40,420 nucleotides of DNA from Candidatus Paceibacter sp. (GTDB taxonomy: Bacteria; Patescibacteriota; Patescibacteriia; DYGC01). This document shows, in pieces, positions 33,399 through 40,420 of this stretch. The notes beneath the pieces were generated by a model. The model had not been told where the DNA came from, did not search any database, and was given only the letters and a program-made list of their open reading frames with translations. The position numbers and the translations under genes are program-made. Location: contig DYGC01000001.1 in assembly GCA_020724925.1 (NCBI GenBank), forward strand, positions 71,228 through 111,647, read 5' to 3'. The first letter of the stretch is position 1; each line of letters opens with the position of its first letter.

Positions 33399-33424
33399 CG
33401 CGAGATTGTCTCGCGTTTTTTATT
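33399..33424 (+). terminator. Rho-independent terminator
   Basis: CGCGAGAttgTCTCGCG followed by a T-run. Confidence 0.75.
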
Positions 33425-33497
33425 TTTTAAAATTTATAATTTGTGCTATTATAAAAAAGTAAAATAAAAATCAATAAAAAAATAATAAACAAACACT

Positions 33498-34091
33498 ATG
33501 CCAAAAGCCAGTAAAAAAGCGGTAAAATCCGTTAAGTCAAAAAAAATGTCAGTTTTACAATCAGCCATTAAAAATGTAGCTGGTAAGCAAGCAGTGAAAC
33601 CGGGGAAAATTACGAAGTTAAAACAGCCGGTTAAACGAGTTTTGTGTTTTGTATTAATTGGTGTTTTTGGTGTGGTGGCCTTGTGTGGAATTTTAATGTT
33701 TTATTTTAAAGATCAAAATTTGTGGTCCGGGCGTGCTGATGTGAATTGTTCTCCGCGTAAGCAAATTAACCAGCAAGTTGCTCCGGTTGGTTTGGCCAAC
33801 CCTGCTTCGGAATTTTGTGCGGAAAAAGGTGGTCAATGGAAGACTTGGAATAATACGGTTGGTGAGCAAGGAATTTGTTATTTTTCTGAAGTGCGTCAAT
33901 GTGAAGAATGGGCGATGTATCGTGGTGAATGTCCGGTTGGTGGTGCTGATTTGAGTGCTCATCTGAACAATAAGTCTAATCAATATTGTTTGATGGTTGG
34001 TGGGACAATCGTGAATGATGAAGATTGTTCTTTGCCAAGCGGCACGATTTGCAATATTTTGGAATTGCATCGTGGGATTTGCCAACCATAA
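33498..34091 (+). CDS. Membrane-anchored protein with two DUF333-like Cys-rich repeats
   Basis: 197 aa. Lys-rich N-terminus followed by a TM helix. NPASEFCAEKGGQW...GICYF...CEEWAMYRGEC and a second, shorter repeat fit the DUF333 pattern. Confidence 0.65.
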   Translation: MPKASKKAVKSVKSKKMSVLQSAIKNVAGKQAVKPGKITKLKQPVKRVLCFVLIGVFGVVALCGILMFYFKDQNLWSGRADVNCSPRKQINQQVAPVGLANPASEFCAEKGGQWKTWNNTVGEQGICYFSEVRQCEEWAMYRGECPVGGADLSAHLNNKSNQYCLMVGGTIVNDEDCSLPSGTICNILELHRGICQP

Positions 34092-34180
34092 GTTAATTGT
34101 CAGTTTGAAAATTTTTCAAATCCTAATCGTTGTTTAGATGAAGTGTTATTTTTTGCAGATAATTCTTAAATATAAAATTT

Positions 34181-35587
34181 ATGAAATGGAATTTACCGGG
34201 TTTGCTGGCAATCGGCGGGTTTGCTTTATTTGTGGCTTCTCCCGCGAGCGCCGCTTATGATTTGCCGGTTCGTATTTACGATTTGAAAAATCAAACTTTT
34301 AATGCCGATTTTATTGTTTCTTCCGATATAAATACCGGATATAACTTGGCCGGTGGTGATTTGAACGGTGATGGTTTGGCGGAAATTGTTTTGGCGCCAA
34401 TTTATAAACAAGCCGGGAAAATCAAGGTTTATTCGTCCAAAGGTGAATTATTAAGTGAGTTTTTTCCTTATCATGATACTTTCAGCGGTGGCGTGAGTGT
34501 GGCCGTCGGCGACTTGGACGGCGACGCCAAAATGGAAATTATCACCGGCGCGGGGCCGGGGGGCGGGCCGCATGTTCGTGTTTTTGATATTAATGGCAAT
34601 CCGGTGGTGAACGGCGGTTTTTTCGCTTTTGATGAAAAAACTTATCGTGCCGGTATTGAGGTGGGCGTGGCTGATGTGGATGGTGACGGGAAAATGGAGA
34701 TTAGCGTGGTGAGCGGTTACGGCGCCAAGCCGGAAGTAAAAATTTTTGGAAATGATGGTAAATTGAAAAATAATTTTAAAGTGGATAATTTTGGCAGTTT
34801 GTTTGGTTTGAAAGTGTCGCGCGTGGATTTGAGCGGTGATGGTTTTGATGAAATTGTTGTTTCCGGTAAATACGGCAGCCAGCCACGTTTTGGTGTTTAC
34901 TTGGCGGACGGCACTTTGCTGCAAAATAATGTGGTTTATAACAATTTGAATATTCAAGCCGGTATCAACGTTGTTGGTTATGACACAAACGCCGACGGCG
35001 CCGAAGAAATGATTGCCGCTCCCGGTTTTACTGGCGGACCTCATGTGAAAATTTTTAAATCAACCGGCGTTTTGGATTCGGAGTTTTTTCCAATTAATCA
35101 CGTCCATGATTATGGTTTAAATTTTGCGGTTGGCTCATTTACGGCGGCCGGCAATCAGGAAATGGCTTTTGTGCAACAAAATTCCAAAGCCAAGGAAAGT
35201 GTCGTCGGCAGATATATCGAAGTGAATGTCACTCGTCAGCGTTTTGCCTGGTATGATCAAGGTTATTTGATTGATGAAATTATTACTTCCACCGGTAAAC
35301 CCAGTACCCCGACGCGTTTGGGGGATTTCAAGATTTTGAGCAAGCGTGAGATGGCTTATGGCGGTGATGGTACGCAAACTTGGGGCATGCCCAAGTGGAT
35401 GGGGTTTTATTGGTCCGGTAATTTGCAAAATGGAATTCATGCTTTGCCATATATTGATGGTGTAAAAGAAGGACGGACTTCTTTGGGGCGAGCGGTCAGT
35501 CACGGTTGTGTGCGCTTGGCTGATGAGGAAATCGTCAAAGTTTACGATTGGGTAAAACTTGGGGATAAAATTAGCGTGGTGAAGTGA
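34181..35587 (+). CDS. Secreted FG-GAP/VCBS-repeat protein fused to a C-terminal L,D-transpeptidase (YkuD) domain
   Basis: 468 aa with a signal peptide. Repeated GDLNGDGLAEIV / GDLDGDAKMEIITGAGPGGGPHVRVF / ADVDGDGKMEI / VDLSGDGFDEIVV / YDTNADGAEEMIAAPGFTGGPHVKIF. Catalytic SHGCVRL at 35498-35518. Confidence 0.85.
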   Translation: MKWNLPGLLAIGGFALFVASPASAAYDLPVRIYDLKNQTFNADFIVSSDINTGYNLAGGDLNGDGLAEIVLAPIYKQAGKIKVYSSKGELLSEFFPYHDTFSGGVSVAVGDLDGDAKMEIITGAGPGGGPHVRVFDINGNPVVNGGFFAFDEKTYRAGIEVGVADVDGDGKMEISVVSGYGAKPEVKIFGNDGKLKNNFKVDNFGSLFGLKVSRVDLSGDGFDEIVVSGKYGSQPRFGVYLADGTLLQNNVVYNNLNIQAGINVVGYDTNADGAEEMIAAPGFTGGPHVKIFKSTGVLDSEFFPINHVHDYGLNFAVGSFTAAGNQEMAFVQQNSKAKESVVGRYIEVNVTRQRFAWYDQGYLIDEIITSTGKPSTPTRLGDFKILSKREMAYGGDGTQTWGMPKWMGFYWSGNLQNGIHALPYIDGVKEGRTSLGRAVSHGCVRLADEEIVKVYDWVKLGDKISVVK

Positions 35588-35628
35588 TGTCTTGAACTTT
35601 GATGCGTCTGATTGGATGTGATATGGGG

Positions 35629-35654
35629 AAGGGCGAATGATAATTCGCCCTTTT
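35629..35654 (+). terminator. Rho-independent terminator (hairpin also belongs to a GGGCGAAT repeat family)
   Basis: aaGGGCGAATgataATTCGCCCtttt. Confidence 0.65.
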
Positions 35655-35683
35655 ATGTTGGTACATTAATAATTAAACAGAAA

Positions 35684-35720
35684 AACGCCCGGTAAACCTT
35701 TTGGTTCACGGGGCGTTTTT
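35684..35720. terminator. Second, bidirectional-looking terminator hairpin
   Basis: aaaaACGCCCggtAAACCttttGGTTcacGGGGCGTtttt. 15-position stem with two mismatches. Confidence 0.6.
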
Positions 35721-35777
35721 AGATATTTTAGTATTAATATTTCAAGAGGTTTCGCATTTGGAGAAAACCTATTTTTC

Positions 35778-35786
35778 TGCTATAAT
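35778..35786 (+). promoter_or_regulatory. Candidate extended -10 (TGCTATAAT) for the dockerin/cohesin operon
   Basis: Same 9-mer as at 15653, 22797 and 24648. Ends 49 nt upstream of the ATG at 35836. Confidence 0.45.
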
Positions 35787-35835
35787 TATTTTAAGTTTAG
35801 AGCAAAGCGATGTTTGCGTTTTTTCAATATTAAAA

Positions 35836-36549
35836 ATGAAAAATCAGTTGCTAATTTTTTTGAGTATTTTCATTCTCCTGTCGGGGGCCGGTTTTGTTTA
35901 TGCTTCTCAGGGAACAACTTATCGTTTGGATAATCCGGAAGCAATCGGACCGACCAGCAGCCAAGCAACTACCACTTTGTATAATTTAACTTCAGAAATT
36001 GGGGATACGGTGGTCGGGCAATCCGAATCGACGGTTTATCGTTTGCGTCACGGCGTTACTTATGAAGAAGCCGGTGGCGTGATTATTGATTTTATTGCCA
36101 TTCCGGAAAAACGTTCTCCGTTGGTGGGCAATAATGATAGTCATGTGACAGTGGAAGTGCGAGCACCTGGTTCAACGATTCCGTTGTTTAGTGCTTTGGT
36201 GGATACTGATCTTGACGGCGAATACCATGGTTTGTTGTTAACTGGAATTTCTCCTGGAACTTATGATATTACTGCCAAAGCTTATTCGCATTTGCGTCGC
36301 AAGTTGAGTAGCGTGGCTTTGGGAAGTGGCACAACGGTTGATTTTTCCGCCGTCGGCACCAATCCTGTTTTGTGCGGTGATGTTAACTTAGCTTTAGGTG
36401 ATAATAAAGTGAATTCTTTAGATATGACTATTTTGGTTGGACAATGGTTTGTGAATGATGAACGCACGGATTTAAATCAAGACGGAGTGGTTAACTCCAT
36501 TGATATGACCAATATGGTTACTAATTTTAATTTAGAAGGCGATGACTAA
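35836..36549 (+). CDS. Secreted protein with C-terminal dockerin-like (double EF-hand) module
   Basis: 237 aa from the ATG at 35836 (signal peptide MKNQLLIFLSIFILLSGAGFVYA). C-terminal CGDVNLALGDNKVNSLDMTILVGQW and DLNQDGVVNSIDMTNMVTNF fit the dockerin DxNxDGxVNxxD repeats. The middle region looks like a beta-sandwich. Confidence 0.7.
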   Translation: MKNQLLIFLSIFILLSGAGFVYASQGTTYRLDNPEAIGPTSSQATTTLYNLTSEIGDTVVGQSESTVYRLRHGVTYEEAGGVIIDFIAIPEKRSPLVGNNDSHVTVEVRAPGSTIPLFSALVDTDLDGEYHGLLLTGISPGTYDITAKAYSHLRRKLSSVALGSGTTVDFSAVGTNPVLCGDVNLALGDNKVNSLDMTILVGQWFVNDERTDLNQDGVVNSIDMTNMVTNFNLEGDD

Positions 36550-39232
36550 ACTCAAACAAAAATTTTTAACGATAAGCCATGTATTTTTAAGCATGGTTTT
36601 AATTTTGTCTTCATTTACTTACGGAATTAAACCGGCCAAAGCCGCGCCCCCACCGATGTTCACGTTAACGGCGGCGGAAGCGCAGGGTGTCGGTGTGGAT
36701 GAATTTTATGAAGGCCGTTGTTTTAGAGTTAATATTAATTTACATACTGGTAACCAAGCGACCGGCGGTGCGGACGTGATTATTGATTACGATAATACCA
36801 ACGCCACAATCGTGCAGAATAACTGCGTTACGCCGGCGACTACGGTTTATTCCGGTGGTTTATATAATGTTTACCCGGTGGGTGGTAATTCCGTGACAGC
36901 CACGCAAATCAAATTGAGCGCTTATCAAAATCCGGGAAATTCTTATACCAATAACGCTTTGGCAATTTATGGTTATTTCTATGTTTTGGTGAATGATCCG
37001 GATCCGGCTTTTGATTTGAATTTTGATTATACCCCCGGTAGCACCATTGATACCAATATTGCACAGTTGGGTACCGGTGTTGATATTCTTGCTTCAGTGG
37101 AAGATTTGAGTTTGCAGTTGGTGACTGATAATGATACCCCATATTTTGATGGTCATAATCCTTTGGATGGAGCGATTAATGTGCCGGTGGAAGCGGTGAT
37201 TGCCTATAATATGAAAGACGACCAATCGGGTGTGAATAATGCGACGCGTGCTGCTACAGTTGATCAAGGAAGTGGTGCGGTAGCGGAAACTGTGACGACT
37301 AGTTGTACCACGACTAATGCCAATCGTGTACCGGTTTGTTCGGCGATTGTTAATCCGGCCGGTTATTTTCCATATTTAACTTTAATTACCGTTAATGCCA
37401 GTTTTAGTGATTTAGGAAATCCAACCGTTCACAGCGTGATTGATAGTTGGTCTTTTACCACGGAGGATGACATTCACGCTCCTTATGTGGAAAATGAAAA
37501 TCCGGCAATTGGTGCCGTCAATCAACCGGTGGGGACAAATGTGGTTTTTAGAATTAAAGATTATAAAAACCAAGCCGGTATTATTCCCGGTTTGGGAGTT
37601 GATATAAATACGGTGGTGGTCGTGGTGGATGGGATTACCTATACTGCTGCTGGTCCGAATTTCTTTACTTATGCCGGTACTCCGGAAAATTATTTGATTA
37701 CCATTGATCCGGCTGTTGATTTTCCGCCGGCCTATACCGTTAACGTATCTGTGGATGGTGCTGACTTACACGCTCCGGCCGCGAATGTGATGCCGACCCA
37801 CAATTATTCTTTTATGACCAGTGATGTCAATGCTCCTTATATTGATAATGAAGATCCGGCTCCGGATGATGTCAGTGTCAGTGCTAACAGCAATGTTGTT
37901 TTTCAGATTCATGATGTTGGTGCGGGTGTTGATTTAAATAGTTTGGTCGTGCAGGTGGCCGGTGTTACTTATACGATGGCTGGTCCAAATATTTTTACGG
38001 TTAACGCTTTGTCCGCTCCCAATGATTATGAAATCACCATTGATCCGATTGCTGATTTTGGTGGTGGCCAAGCGGTCTTGGTGGTAATTGATGCTGACGA
38101 TTTATCCGCACCGGTAAACCATATGCCGACTTATTATTATGTCTTTGGTGCTGCCGGTGCCGGTTGTCCGGTTTGTGGCGCTTGCGATTCTTGTTGTCCG
38201 GCCGCTCCGGCTTGTGATTCTTGCTGTCCGGTCGGCGGTGGTGGTGGTTCCTGCGGCGGCGGTGGTGGTGGGACAATTTATCCGTCCATTAGTAATCAAC
38301 AAATTTATCAAATAGATGAATCCAGTGTTTTAGTGACTTGGTTTAGCAACAAGAATGGCGATAGTCGTGTTTATTACGGTAGTGATTCGGTGGCTACACC
38401 AATTGCGAGTGCGGAAAATTATTCCTATGATTATCAATCGGTCATCGGCGATGATAATAAAACTTATCATTCCGTGACCATCAGTGGTTTGCAGGCCGGC
38501 AATTTATATTTCTTCCGTCCGGCTAGCTTAATGGAAGGCCAAGTTTATTTTGGTGAGGAAATGGTTATGACACCGAAGTTTTCCTCGTTGACTGTAGTTA
38601 ATCAGGAGTTTATTGATAAGGCCTGTCCGGTTTGTGCTTTGGGTTCAGTTTTGGGCTGGCAAGAAGAAAAAAATTCATCAGTCAGTTGCGAGCCGGTGAT
38701 CGTGGAAAAAGTTGTTACTCAGGATTCGTCAAAGTTTATCAGCGGTAGTACTTTAAAATTGAGTGAAGTTAATGGTTACAATTATGAATTGAGTGCGGAA
38801 TTGATGTCCATTAATTTGTTGGCTAATAATGAATTGGTTTTGCGAGGCGTAGGAAAACCAAACACCGAATTTATTTTGAACTTGGAACCGCAATTGGCAA
38901 TGTCGCCGGTTAAGGTTAATGAAAATGGTTTGTGGGAATTTAGAATCGCCAATTTGCCGGAAGATAAATTGGGGACTTATAAAGTTTATGCTTTGGAGAA
39001 TAATGATGCCGGTATTTTAGTGGAAAATTTAATCGGTCAATTTAATGTTCGTAAGGCGGTTTTAACTGAAATGTCACAAACCGGTATGACGATTGTGGAG
39101 CGAGTAAATCAAGAGATGGCAGCGATGCAAGCACAGAAAACCGTTCCTTTATATATTTACGTTTTAATCAGCGTGACGGTTTTATCAATGTTATACAATT
39201 TATATTTATTCAGAAAACAAACCAACAAATAA
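36542..39232 (+). CDS. Large surface protein: signal/TM - cohesin-like domain - 3 Ig-like repeats - Cys/Gly-rich linker - FN3/purple-acid-phosphatase-N-like domain - C-terminal TM anchor
   Basis: 896 aa. The ATG overlaps the upstream stop by 8 nt. Cohesin-like stretch FRVNINLHTGNQATGGADVIIDYDNTNATIV...IKLSAY...YFYVLV. Three ~115-aa repeats beginning D(T/A)PY(F/V/I)(D/E)... Linker CPVCGACDSCCPAAPACDSCCPVGGGGGSCGGGGGG. C-terminal hydrophobic helix followed by RKQTNK. Confidence 0.75.
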   Translation: MTKLKQKFLTISHVFLSMVLILSSFTYGIKPAKAAPPPMFTLTAAEAQGVGVDEFYEGRCFRVNINLHTGNQATGGADVIIDYDNTNATIVQNNCVTPATTVYSGGLYNVYPVGGNSVTATQIKLSAYQNPGNSYTNNALAIYGYFYVLVNDPDPAFDLNFDYTPGSTIDTNIAQLGTGVDILASVEDLSLQLVTDNDTPYFDGHNPLDGAINVPVEAVIAYNMKDDQSGVNNATRAATVDQGSGAVAETVTTSCTTTNANRVPVCSAIVNPAGYFPYLTLITVNASFSDLGNPTVHSVIDSWSFTTEDDIHAPYVENENPAIGAVNQPVGTNVVFRIKDYKNQAGIIPGLGVDINTVVVVVDGITYTAAGPNFFTYAGTPENYLITIDPAVDFPPAYTVNVSVDGADLHAPAANVMPTHNYSFMTSDVNAPYIDNEDPAPDDVSVSANSNVVFQIHDVGAGVDLNSLVVQVAGVTYTMAGPNIFTVNALSAPNDYEITIDPIADFGGGQAVLVVIDADDLSAPVNHMPTYYYVFGAAGAGCPVCGACDSCCPAAPACDSCCPVGGGGGSCGGGGGGTIYPSISNQQIYQIDESSVLVTWFSNKNGDSRVYYGSDSVATPIASAENYSYDYQSVIGDDNKTYHSVTISGLQAGNLYFFRPASLMEGQVYFGEEMVMTPKFSSLTVVNQEFIDKACPVCALGSVLGWQEEKNSSVSCEPVIVEKVVTQDSSKFISGSTLKLSEVNGYNYELSAELMSINLLANNELVLRGVGKPNTEFILNLEPQLAMSPVKVNENGLWEFRIANLPEDKLGTYKVYALENNDAGILVENLIGQFNVRKAVLTEMSQTGMTIVERVNQEMAAMQAQKTVPLYIYVLISVTVLSMLYNLYLFRKQTNK
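37127..38149 (+). repeat. Three tandem ~115-aa Ig-like (SbsA/Big_5-type) coding repeats
   Basis: Repeat starts DTPYFDGHNPLDGAINVP / HAPYVENENPAIGAVNQP / NAPYIDNEDPAPDDVSVS. Repeats 2 and 3 also share GITYTAAGPNFFT / GVTYTMAGPNIFT and ITIDP. Confidence 0.7.
38150..38272 (+). repeat. Cys/Gly-rich low-complexity coding segment with a 30-nt direct repeat
   Basis: gcttgcgattcttgttgtccgg (38180-38201) and gcttgtgattcttgctgtccgg (38210-38231) encode ACDSCCP twice. Followed by poly-Gly. Confidence 0.8.
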
Positions 39233-39253
39233 TAATAGTTTAAAATAAAAAAT

Positions 39254-40420
39254 ATGAGGCGATTTATTAAATTGAGAGCGGTGTGGAGTTTATTAATGGG
39301 ATTGAGCGTGGCTTTTCTTTTTACGGCTAACAGTGCAGGTGCCGTGCAACCGCAAACCATTAATTATCAAGGTCGTTTGTATGATTTAACAAATTCGCCT
39401 TTGTCCGGTCAGTATGATTTTCAATTTAGATTATATGATGATGCTTTGAAAACCACATTATTGTGGGGACCGGAAGAATTTACTAATCAAAGCGTGGTTA
39501 ATGGTTATTTTTCTGCGCCTTTGGGAAGTATTGAGAGTTTTTCGGTGGCCGGTTTGGATTTTACTGATCAATATTATTTGACCGTGCAGATTAAGGAAAC
39601 GGCGGCCGGTGTTTGGGATGATGAAACCGATCCGCCGGTGGCTTTTAATTCTTATGCTTACAGTTTTAATACTCAAAAATTGGATAATCCCGATGGTTTG
39701 GTGGATATTGGTTTGGGGATTGCGGCCGGTTATCAATTATCCGGTGCTGAAGCTGCTTTTGCCATCAATACTGCTCCTGGTTTTACTGGAACTTTATTAA
39801 GTTTGGCGAATGACGGTACCGAGGTTTTAAATGTTGCCGGTGATGGGGAATTGCATTGGATGGATGGCGGATATAATAGTGCTTATTTTAATGTGGAAAA
39901 TGTCGTTAATCCTTATGCCAGTGATCCTTCTTTAGCAGCAATTTTTTTGGATAGTAATAATGATCGTAGCACAATTTTTGGAAACATTGTTTATGTTCCT
40001 TCCAATATCGGTATTGGAACAATGACTCCGACCACTCGTTTTGATTTGCGCGGGCCGATGAATCTTGGTGGACAACCAACGGCGGCTCTTTCACCAATGG
40101 GGGATGGACGTTTATATTATGATAATGATACTCAAGATTTGATGTTATCTAAAAATGGTGGCGCTTATGAACCGATTATGACCACCGGCGATCAAGTTTG
40201 GCAACAAAATTTATTGGTTTTATCGCCAACCGATCCATTGGCGGAAAAAATTGAAATGTCCAAGTCGGTTAATAATTTGATTGGCATGAAGATTACCAAT
40301 ACTAATGACGTGGATAATTATGCCGGTGCCGTGATTGAGTTGAAAGGCAGTGGCGCTGATTACACTAATAATCTTTATTTTGGAAAATACGGTGATGGTT
40401 TTTGGGTACCGTCTTGGGCC
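39254..40420 (+). CDS. Secreted tail-fibre-like / adhesin-like protein (5' partial, runs off the window)
   Basis: Open frame from the ATG at 39254 to the window end (389 codons; no stop seen in my translation, and absent from the ORF track for that reason). Signal peptide MRRFIKLRAVWSLLMGLSVAFLFTANSAGA. INYQGRLYD...LSGQYDFQFRLYDD and NIGIGTMTPTTRFDL motifs, which I associate with tail-fibre-domain proteins. Confidence 0.65.
   Translation, partial: MRRFIKLRAVWSLLMGLSVAFLFTANSAGAVQPQTINYQGRLYDLTNSPLSGQYDFQFRLYDDALKTTLLWGPEEFTNQSVVNGYFSAPLGSIESFSVAGLDFTDQYYLTVQIKETAAGVWDDETDPPVAFNSYAYSFNTQKLDNPDGLVDIGLGIAAGYQLSGAEAAFAINTAPGFTGTLLSLANDGTEVLNVAGDGELHWMDGGYNSAYFNVENVVNPYASDPSLAAIFLDSNNDRSTIFGNIVYVPSNIGIGTMTPTTRFDLRGPMNLGGQPTAALSPMGDGRLYYDNDTQDLMLSKNGGAYEPIMTTGDQVWQQNLLVLSPTDPLAEKIEMSKSVNNLIGMKITNTNDVDNYAGAVIELKGSGADYTNNLYFGKYGDGFWVPSWA

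Noticed and set aside
34451-35044. 197-aa minus-strand ORF (and others such as 8201-8620, 16302-16640, 27900-28325, 33693-34085)
   Set aside because: These are antisense shadows inside well-supported genes (L,D-transpeptidase, rnj, recA, leuS, DUF333 protein) with no motifs of their own.
35802-35824. GCAAA-gcgatg-TTTGC hairpin plus T-run in the dockerin operon leader as a possible attenuator
   Set aside because: The stem is only 5 bp in an AT-rich leader, so the evidence is too weak to call. It is noted in case 5'-end or Term-seq data become available.
1-40420. Prophage, integrative element, transposon or toxin-antitoxin modules
   Set aside because: No integrase, transposase, recombinase, capsid/terminase or recognisable TA pair was seen in any frame. 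The tRNA cluster shows no flanking direct repeat of a tRNA 3' end that I could find.

Overview
Chromosomal fragment from a small-genome bacterium. Sampled 60-nt lines gave about 40% G+C. TGA is used as a stop, so the code is standard. The style suggests an uncultivated Patescibacteria/CPR-type organism (inference only): tightly packed genes, AT-rich leaders with essentially no Shine-Dalgarno (SD) sequence, TGnTATAAT extended -10 promoters, and FG-GAP/L,D-transpeptidase, cohesin/dockerin and tail-fibre-like surface proteins.

Housekeeping genes recognised from motifs are ruvC, RNase J, secG, rplS, a short smc, recA, cysS, dus, corA, leuS, uppS and a three-tRNA operon (Gly-CCC, Leu-CAG, Pro-GGG).

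Accessory content worth attention:
1. A 7TM protein next to an ATP-grasp::retropepsin-like fusion (525-2728).
2. A FecR plus CHASE2-adenylate-cyclase pair (4361-7799).
3. An AT-rich C5-methyltransferase plus HinP1I/MspI-like endonuclease island between recA and cysS.
4. A G+C-rich array of four small CxxC zinc-ribbon ORFs (24801-25973) and two further G+C-rich orphan ORFs (28756, 32958). These are the only genes in the window with canonical AGGAGG ribosome-binding sites.
5. A family of GTCATYC-flanked hairpin repeats with compensatory stem changes, including two near-identical ~110-bp MITE-like copies 10 kb apart.
6. A same-strand envelope/adhesion block (33498-40420) with a translationally coupled dockerin/cohesin protein pair.

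No CRISPR array, transposase, integrase or rRNA was seen. All functional calls come from motif recognition by eye. No database search was run.
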